Origin: Octopus sinensis
Lineage: Eukaryota
DNA: 64,000 nucleotides
Assembly (NCBI RefSeq): GCF_006345805.1
Contig: NC_043010.1
Location: 30,938,001-31,002,000, forward strand
Reading direction: 5' to 3'
Position numbers and translations under genes: made by a program. Positions 54,940 through 64,000 of the stretch are shown piece after piece; positions within the stretch are counted from its first letter, which is position 1, and the number at the start of each line of letters is the position of its first letter. The notes below the pieces were generated by a model. It was given only the letters and a program-made list of their open reading frames with translations, made no database searches and was not told where the DNA came from.

Positions 54940-55960
54940 TGACTACTAAACCACAAATTTGAACTGTATAACATGACAAATATTTATGCTCAGAACGTAG
55001 GTTCGCGGCAAAATTTTCTAAAGGACCATAAAGAAAATGTTGCTGCGAATTCTTCCGTTCGCCTCATCTGCTCCTCAAGCTTTGATAGGATTAGCAAAGT
55101 TGTATTAGATAAGATTCTACCCAAACTTCGTGCTAAATCATATGGACTAAAACTACTGAGGCTATCCAATGCTTTACTACCTTAAGCCCCAAACATACAT
55201 TTAAATTCATTCAGGTAGATATAGACTGATATCATTCTAGCATACCCTTATCCTGTTCGACAAACATGTCATATTTGCAATGAAACATTCTAACCCCACT
55301 CGATGTTAACTGCTCCATGATCTCTGGGACCAATTCCCTAATATATCTGGCGGTCTATACAGGGACGTCGCTCTGTTTGCAATCCAGAATCGTGAAATAG
55401 AACAACTTAGGAAAAGATTCAGATTTTTTTAAATAGACGTGGGCCTTACCGTCTCTTACAGTAACAGCATTAAAACAGCTAATTGCTTAGAGGTCACTCT
55501 AGATTTACAAAACAACACTTTCTACCCGTACCATAAACCCGGTGAGAACCTTAACAATGTTGACTTTTCCTCCAATCTCCCCAACCCACCCCCATCAACC
55601 CTAAAATCCACCGTGGACAGCGTATCTTAAAGGCTTTCATTCCTGTCCGCCAGTAAGAAAATATTCGAGCAATACGCTGAATATTATAACTACGCCCTGC
55701 AACGTGTCGGATATAAGAATCTGATCGAATATATCCCTATATGGGACGACCTTCCATCTACTAAACCCGGCACCATGGATGCATCTGCCCCTTTAAATAA
55801 AACATAAGTGTCTCACATATTCACCGTCCCCCAAATGTTACCGTAGTAGAAAACCTAATAGGCACTACTCCCACCCTGTGATCCAGGATCCCAAATCCAC
55901 CGCTGCTCATCGAAATCAGCACCAGCGCACACCTCCGTACCCTAAGCTATACTCGGGTAA
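54940..55960 (+). mobile_element. Decayed Penelope-like retroelement RT
   Basis: LKDHKEN..ANSSVRLI, FKFIQVDI, GLYRDV, EIEQLRKR, ANCLEVTLDLQNNTFYPYHKPG. Confidence 0.75.
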
Positions 55961-56051
55961 CCTTCTTAACCGCAATAAACGGAACAGGACACGCGACGTT
56001 TTCTAGCTATCGACCGTGGTAATGCCGCGAGCATGTTGGCTTGATTTAGTA

Positions 56052-56218
56052 GGGTCAGGTGCGGTCCCAGGAATTTTTCGAAGGGCGGGTACAAGGTCAG
56101 AAGGGATTACAATTCCAGGAGAAAAGGGTGTAATAACATTATTTAGAAGGGTGAACCTCTTTTCTTGAGGGGTGGGGAGCACGTGCCCCTCAGGCCTCCA
56201 CCCACCCTCCGACCCTGA
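56052..56218. mobile_element. Small GC-rich MITE
   Basis: tagggtcagg ... tccgaccctga imperfect termini. Confidence 0.4.
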
Positions 56219-58599
56219 TGGTATGCGGCTAATTGAAGCACTTAGTGTTGAATTAATGTCTTCTTTTTCTTTCTTTCTTCGCTCGTGCTTGTGTTTTCTT
56301 CGGGTTTGGATTGGTATATCTTAATGTGGTTTTGCACCATATATGTATCATATACATGCGTGTTATATATGTAATAATTAAATTCTCTAAATTTTCAATA
56401 AATTTGCTACCATGTGTGGTGCGACCGACTAATGTTTAATAAAATTCTGGAATTGTCTCCCTTGCCTTTCTTGACCTGAGTTAATACAGGTAGATAATGG
56501 TTTTAAAATCTTTTTAGTCAAGACGGAAGGCTGTACCTATGACTCTCTACAAGACCTCTGTGTCACGAGGGAGGAAAGTTTCCTCAAACCAGAGACCTGG
56601 CCTAAATGCTTGCAACGCAGTGCATTCTGCTAAAGGCACCCAAGTATTTGATGGTGGTCTTAAACCGGGCGATGGATTAAGTATATCACCCATTAGTTTT
56701 TATCTCAGTAGGGATGCAAATTAAATTGATTGAAATGTCTTAGCTCATTACACTTAATATGGTAGAGTCCACTTTACTATTCCTTTTTTCAACAGCAGAT
56801 ACCGTTGGGCATTCCTTCTTTAACTCCCCCATAGACATCAAAATCTGAACTTTGTGTCTTAATTCAAATAATAAGAATAACTTGAATACATTTGACATTT
56901 TTTGTGAACATAGAGTACAGATAACTATCATCATGAAAACAAAAACTGCTTCAAAACTCTTTATTCACATAAAATCAAGTAAATGTTTCGTTTTTGGATT
57001 TGGTTTGCAAGATTCTTTATATGAGTTCGTGTGTTGAAGCATATTCTGTTGTGTCTGGGGAGAGTCATTTTCTTTTTGTGCCTTATAATATAACACACTC
57101 ACAGGCAGTGTAAATAACGGACAGAGTCAAAACTATTGAAAAGGTTGCAAGACGCAACGAAAATTTTAGGAAAATAAAAATAAGAAAAAAGTGGAAATTT
57201 TACCGGTGTGTGTGTTATATTATAAGGCACAAAAAGAAAATGACTCTCCCCAGACACAACCAAATAAATGTTCAATTTCAACATTTCAGCATTTTAAATA
57301 TATAAATCAGGAGAAAAAAATATGCGTTTAACCGGCAAGTTTAATCATTGCAAAACAGTTTGTCTAGGTCATGCAATTAACCGGCGCATGCAATTATTCG
57401 ATATGTATGTAATTAAGCTGATTTAAATGCATACATACGTAAATAAATGGCATCAGGTTCAAAACACAAAGAATGGCATACTGAACCATCCAAAAATCTA
57501 TTAAAATTCTAGAATATGCTCAATTTTTAATACAGTATACTATTAAAAGGTAATCAAGTCAATTTAATGAATTTTAATAATCACAAGTTCTTCATTATCT
57601 AATAAATATAATTTCATAAAATATTATTTACAGTACATGTCTACAAAAATATTTAATAAAATATTATTTACACGCGTCTACAAAAATTCTGTTGTTTTAT
57701 GTCGATAAAATATATCATAAAACGGTAATAAATCTTAGCAGTCACATACATAAAACGATTTATTTGGAAATTGTATGAATGTAGCATATCATTTCTTATG
57801 TTTGTTTAAAGGCTGACTATGCGTCCCTATTTTAAATGTCTAGCAATTATCACTAGGTAGGAAGGCCCGAAGACCACAGCAGGTTGAAGTAGAGGTTGTA
57901 TATGACTGTAGAGTAGCGTTAATTGAAGGCAGCCGAAATCTTCCCTCAGCCGGCTGAGAAACACTAAATGAAACCAAATCTTACTGATTGACTGACACTT
58001 CTTGTCCTACCTGTGGTTACTCAAATATTTCCCAGCGTAGATTACAAACATCGCTACCTAAGAGACTACATATAAAGAGATAGAGAAATAACCCTAAGGA
58101 AACTACATATAAAGAGATAGAGAAATAACCCAAAGTATATCATTGTAAAGTGAAATGGAAAGGAAAGAGAGAAGACATTACAATAATAATTGAAAACAAC
58201 AACAAAAAAACCCTTGATGTTCCTTACTCTATAAGATTTGGACCTTATTAGTAGTGGGGACCTAACACCGGTTCCAACGCAAACACACAGACAACTCCCC
58301 TCCAGTGGGCGAAAAAAATTCCAGCTCAAAACAAGAAGAGACGGCACTGACGAAAGGTAAACAAAGCATTCATATCATATTTCTTCTTTCTCTTCTTCCT
58401 TATTTCTCTCATTCAACACGCTCATATAAGTGCACACACTCATACATATATGCATGTATATATATATGTGCATATCTATGTCAACATTATATGTAATTTG
58501 TTTACTCTTTTTGTCTCTCTATCATCCTCTACTTGTCTCCATCTCATTATCCATTTGTCTTTATCTTTCTACTCGTCTTTGCTAGCTTGCATGAATGTT

Positions 58600-59990
58600 G
58601 TTGTTGTTGAGCCCAAGGCCAGCTCTGATCCAAAAGGCCTATTACGAAAGGCGTTCCAACCGTGATCATCCCATCTTTTATTCTTATATAGTGTGTTTCG
58701 AACAACATTATTCAGTGTGTCCCTCTTTAAGACAAAAGGGTGTGATTCGACAGGGATTTAGCTGCTATTTCTAGCATGCCGAGCAACCATGAAAAAGTTC
58801 CTTATTGAATAATGTGTATTTCTCAAAATATAATCACACACACACATAGGCGCGCGCATGCACACACACACACATACGCACTGAACTCATGTACCTACCT
58901 TATATTTTGCCTGTACGTTTATAGATATAACTAGCCCCACCACGAAATAAGAAAATCATCTCGTATATATATTTAATTACAGTTATTTTATATACATATC
59001 TGTATGTATTTATGTGTTAGCATGTGGTTGTTTATTCGCATCTTTATTCTGATGTGTGTTTGTGGTTCATATGCTTATCAGGTGTAGCGTAAATGTGTGT
59101 GCGTTTTTGACATATGTAAATTAAGCGTGTGTGTTTATGTGTATGCATACATATTCAAAGAGGAAAGGGGAGCGTAAACCGGAAACGTACTTTAAAAATC
59201 ATTAAAATATTTTGGAATTTTTAATTATATTTCAATTATATATTTTGCTCAGCTTTATTATTATTATTTTTTTTTTGTAAATCATTAAAACGGTATTTTT
59301 TAAAATACGTAAATTCTAAAATTTTATTAAAATTTATATGCATTGTTTCCAACCCTTTTAACACCAAGCATTTACTCACACGCATACACATAATGGAACA
59401 TATATATATATATCACATACACAAACACACGTGTTGTTGTTTAGCATCTGGTCAGTCGTTATCTAACTTATTCCATCCATATATAAGACGGCGGGATGCG
59501 ATTTGGCTGTTATTCTTAGTTGGTCAAGCGACTGCGTAGTCTCTCCAGACGTTATATATGTCTGTATGTTGTTTAACCACAGGTCAGTTCTAATTAATCA
59601 TACTCTGATCAAACATAGTACAACCGTCTCGTCTCTTATTCTGACAAAGATGTATATCAAGTACATTAAACAATTTGTCATTTTCTCAGACCACAGTATA
59701 TAGTAATTTGAGGGAGTTTTAGCTTATGTTTCTAGTACGTCGAACGATTTCGTTTAGCTCTAGATTAGCACCAATTAACTAGGCTAGTTATTAAAGGTAC
59801 TCCAGGGTAGAAGCTCCTTGTTGGTGGGGGTAAATGACCAAAGGAAATCTAACAGTGACCATCCTGTCTTTATTTCAGGCTGTGCATCTAGGACGATGTT
59901 ATAAAATGTATATCTCCTTTTTGTTAAGATGCTACGATGTTATTTGAGGGAGATTTAGTTGCTATTTGTAGTTGTTCAGGTAGCTACCAC
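58600..59990 (-). repeat. Cluster of an unclassified retroposon-like repeat with a (CAA)n tail
   Basis: gttgttgttgagcccaaggccagc...ccatcttt...gggatttagctgctatttctagca blocks recur; related pieces at 2960-3127, 7600-7830, 28620-28800. Confidence 0.5.
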
Positions 59991-60108
59991 ATAGAGAGAT
60001 TATGTGAAATTTTAGAATTGAGCATATGAAATAAATTTACATATGTTTATGTGTCTGTGTATGCGAATACATATGGTTAAATGTTTAGGGTATTGACTTT
60101 ATAAAGTA

Positions 60109-60386
60109 ATGGCACCTCATTTCACATTGCTCTAGTCTACACAGCTGAAATGACTGCGGGTTGACTGCTTGTGCAGCTGTCCATCCAGCTGTCATGTCTT
60201 TGATTTTTCTACAAGGACAAGGGCAAAGATGAGAAGGCAAGGGCATCTCTGTTCACAACTAAAACATAACCACATAAAACAATTTGCCCTTGTCATGACA
60301 TGACAGCTGGATGGACAGGTGCACAAGCAGTCAACCCGCAGTCATTTCAGCTGTGTAGACTAGAGCAATGTGAAACGAGGTGCCAT
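60109..60386. repeat. Inverted duplication (90-bp arms plus 12-bp inner arms)
   Basis: 60109-60198 versus 60297-60386 with two mismatches; gacaagggcaaa (60216-60227) versus tttgcccttgtc (60283-60294). Confidence 0.92.
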
Positions 60387-60599
60387 GCTCAAAGACACAA
60401 TACCTACCAAGTCAAGCTTGCAAGTGATAGCTGCATTTTCTTTTTCTGCTTATATATATTAGAAGTACTGAAAAGTAAAGTCATATCATCAAACAAATAA
60501 TCTGTTGTCATACCACAAATAGTTTACAGGCCAATAAAAGATATCCTTGTAATCATTCAGTCAGCATAGAGTTAATGGCCAAAGATTAATGTGGACATG

Positions 60600-61250
60600 T
60601 GCTCTGTATGTATGTATGTTCTATCTGATAGCTCATGCTTTACAAATTCTCTAAGGGTAACAATGCAGCCTGTGCAAAGGGAAATATATATACTGTATAT
60701 CCTTATAGTGTGTGTTCAGAAATGCCAAAGGTTGTTTAACAAATTCAAAAACAGTGATTTCAATCTTTTGAATGGGTATCGATCAGGAAGACCAACTGTT
60801 CTCAATAATGATAATGCAGTGAAAACAGCAATTGAAGAAGATCCATATCAAAGTATTGGGGACTTATCCTGGGGGCTTCATAAATCTTGGTCCACTGTGC
60901 AAGATCTCAAGCAGATTGGGAAAGTGTATGGAGAAGAGAAGTGGATACTACATTATAATGATTGGTAATGTAGGGTTAGTTCAGTGAAGAAAACCCAAGG
61001 GAAGGTAAATTCATCAGGCTGAAAAGCTCTACCTCACTCTCCCACTCACCAGATCTCGCATCATCAGATTTTCACTTATTTGGTCACTTGAACACTTTAC
61101 CAGTGGAAAAACATCCGGAAGCAAGGACAGTATTGAAATGACACTCCAAAGATTATTTTGCTTGAGGAATCAATAAGTTGGCTTTAAGGTGAAAAATGTT
61201 ATTGATAATGATGGTGGTTATATTGTAAATGAATAAATAATTTTCAATAT
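60600..61250 (+). mobile_element. Internally deleted mariner transposase remnant
   Basis: CQRLFNKFKNSDFNL..RSGRP...AIEEDPYQSI..L...LHKSWSTV (HTH region) and PHSPDLASSDFHLF. TIRs not identified. Confidence 0.75.
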
Positions 61251-61339
61251 GCTTTATGCTAATCTGAACTCATTACATAAATGTAACATTACATTTTGGT
61301 TCTTCAAATGCATGCATGTATAGTGTGAGTTGAATGTAA

Positions 61340-63480
61340 TATTTGTGTTTGTTGAGACTATACTAAAAATTATGCTCCTGGAGTTCTACAACACATGTAA
61401 CCTACTCGTTTGCAATACTAACTTCAAGAAGCTGGCCAGCCTTCTGATCATCTTACCAATCAAGAAATGCATAAGCCAGATAGATTTCATTCTTACCTGG
61501 AAACAGGAGAGTTAGAATGCCTGTGAAAATTAAGTATTTCTCTTGTGAAGAATGCACCACCCAACCTAAACTAGTAATTAGTGATTTTAGAGTGATAGCT
61601 AAATGGAGCAAAAGGCAGTCAGGAAGAGGAAGATATGGAAACTGAAAAAGTTGTAGGTAACATATAGCAATAGAGAAAAGACGTTAAAGAAATACCTGCT
61701 GCGGCAACAGACCAGATCAATGGCTGGTATAAGATTTCAGCCAGATGAAAGGTGACCTGTGAGGAATAGTACTGCAAATAATTGTAAAACCTAAGAGGCG
61801 AGCTGAGAAAGACTGGAGGAAAGGGAAATACCTAGTTGCTAATAGAGAAGTTAGACACCAGATATACTTAGCAAGGAGATAAGCCAAAAGTAATAGGTTT
61901 ACACACATTTTGTGATGTGAAGACAAAAGGCATAGACTATTCTGGATTGCAAAGGTAGTGTATTCAAGAAAATCAAGAGTTGTTGAATTTAACAGTCTAC
62001 TTGCCGTTACCAACACTGAAATAAAATAGGCATAGAAATGCTATTTTGTTGTTGATTGAGAATTAATGGGAGAAAGAAGGCCCACCCCAACGGAGGGACC
62101 TGCCATTGAATTTGACAACAGTACTATTGCAAGCATAATTTTGTATATGAAGATAGTAAAGGCATGTGGACCATCAAGAATAGCTGCTAAAATGCTTTAA
62201 ATATCTGGAAAAGTGGATGAGGGCTAGTCACTTGCATAGTCAGATAGTATAGAGAAGTATCACACTTGACTGGCAGAGCAGTATTATTATCATCTGCTAT
62301 GAGAACAAAGGAGAGGCACTAGAGCAGTGGTTATGAACCAGGGTCCATATAAGATTTTTGGATCCACTCAAGCAAAATAGTAAATTGGAGATGCACAGTA
62401 TTATTTTAAAGGTCTGTGATAAAATTCCAATTTAGATGTATTTATTGCAGGAAACAGCTAAGTTTATTTCTCTAGCATTTAATTTGACATGTTTCTGGTT
62501 GCTGAAATATATTCTCTCAGAGAGTGCTATTACAAACCTACACAAGTGAATGCGGACAAAATAGGAATTTTGAACAAAGTATCTAGAAAACTAACTTTTA
62601 AACATTGAATGGTTATGGAGGTCCACCAGAATATAAATGGTAATCAAAGAAGTCCATAGATAAAAAAATGGTTGAGAGCCACTGCATTAGGGCAGTGCTC
62701 CGTAACTTTTTCTTACTTGCAATACACTTATATTCTTTTCAAAATTTGGCAGCACAACTGAACTAAAAATATAACTAAAAGTATAGGGGACAAAATTATA
62801 TTCAGGATGCAGCACACCTAGCATCGTCTCATAGCACACCAGTGTGTTGTGACATACCATTTGCAGATCATTGCACTAGAGGGAGAGGCAACTACAAAGG
62901 TATCAAATTGATGTACCAGATCATAAAAGAGTTAAGGCACAACTGATTAAGAACAGAATTGGACTGGATGAGATGCAGTTCAGCTTTTTGCCTGGAAGAG
63001 GTACTAGTGATACCTAATTCTACAAGAAACAACTGCAGGAAGAGTACTTAGCTTGTAGTAAGCCGCTATAACAAGTGTTCATCGATCTGGAGAAGATATC
63101 TAATGGTCTGTTGCTGGGTTGTTGCTAAGGAAACTAGAATCAAATGAATGGCTTGTAAGAACCATGTAGACTATTTACCGAAGTGCTTTCAAAGTGATAG
63201 CAGTGAGTTTAGTGATGAATTTACATGCAAACAGAAGTCCATCAAGGCTCAGTTTTTCAGTCCCCTCTTATTTGTTATAGGCCTCCAGTCTATAACAGCG
63301 GAGTTTAAGACTGGTTGTTTGTGGGAAGTCATGTATTTTGATTTCCTAGTTCTTGTTTGCTGAATCTGTAAAAAATTTTGAAAAGAAATTCCAGACATAA
63401 AAACAAAACCTAGAATTGACAGATCTCAAAGTAAACTTTATTAAGTAGGAAAGAATACAGGAAAATGGCTGTGTTTGTGA
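61340..63480 (+). mobile_element. Strongly decayed RTE LINE carrying two hAT MITEs
   Basis: SQIDFILT, EGPAIEFD, KGEALE..NYKGIKL, DEMQFSFLPGRGT, HQGSVFSPLLF. Confidence 0.75.
62325..62873. mobile_element. Two adjacent hAT MITEs (62325-62684 and 62693-62873)
   Basis: CAGTGG...CCACTG and CAGTG...CATTG termini with 8-bp target copies cactagag / cattaggg / cactagag. A related left end is at about 14728. Confidence 0.8.
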
Positions 63481-63842
63481 TGTAGAAATGGTGCTCTCTG
63501 CATAAAATCATGGATGTACAAGAGGCGCAGTAGAATCATAGGCAGCTGGTAGAGAAGATGAGAAAGAATGGATTAAGATTCCTCCTTTCTTCCATCCTAA
63601 TTATCCTCAAGAAATTTGCCCACATTAAACAATAGCCTGTCCAGCACTGAGTGATGAAAGAACTTCATAAAACAGGTGTTGCATTTATTGCACATGATTT
63701 TGTGATTAAGAAGCTCACTTTGTAACTGCATGGTTTCAGGTTCAGTCCCACTGCATGACACCTTGGACAAGTGTCTTCTATAGCCCCAACTAACCGATGC
63801 TTTGTGAGTGAATTTGGTAGATGGAAACCATGTGGAAGCGTG

Positions 63843-63878
<36 letters not shown>

Positions 63879-64000
63879 AGAATAACAAGATAGTCAGAAT
63901 GTTGGATGATTATATATATTTTCATTTACATTTTTAGCGCTTCCTTTCGTTATCGGACTTATCAAAAAAGTGGTTTTCAGTAAGTTTACTTTGCCTTTTT

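Noticed and set aside
56740-57037. Short ORFs as exons of a minus-strand gene from the 58-kb promoter
   Set aside because: No convincing acceptor/donor pair and no recognisable protein.

Overview
AT-rich, repeat-dense animal genomic DNA. The SINE, RTE, Penelope and mariner content and the microsatellite load look like an octopus (coleoid cephalopod); this is an inference, not a database match. Two protein-coding genes are supportable, both on the + strand. (1) A 7-coding-exon PACRG-like gene (PACRGL, about 2113-18218, about 262 aa), rebuilt by hand from GT-AG exons with consistent phases. (2) A single-coding-exon C2H2 zinc-finger gene (46062-47465, 467 aa) with five fingers, four of which share an unusual RxDTLxC helix, followed by a Cys/Asn-rich C-x4-C domain. 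It probably has a non-coding first exon at a CpG-rich, apparently bidirectional promoter near 30.5-30.75 kb. The rest is mostly decayed mobile DNA: RTE, BovB-like, Tx1 and CR1-group LINEs, Penelope-like elements, mariner/maT, piggyBac, hAT and Helitron elements or MITEs, and many tRNA-derived SINEs. The most interesting observations are: two LINE-SINE 3' tail-sharing pairs visible inside the window (one with a Tx1/L1-clade LINE), a pri-miRNA-shaped hairpin on the strand of a possible divergent non-coding transcript, a compact antisense TATA-ORF-polyA unit in the last PACRGL intron, recent local inverted duplications, and the zinc-finger architecture. All alignments were done by eye, and TE boundaries are approximate unless termini are quoted.
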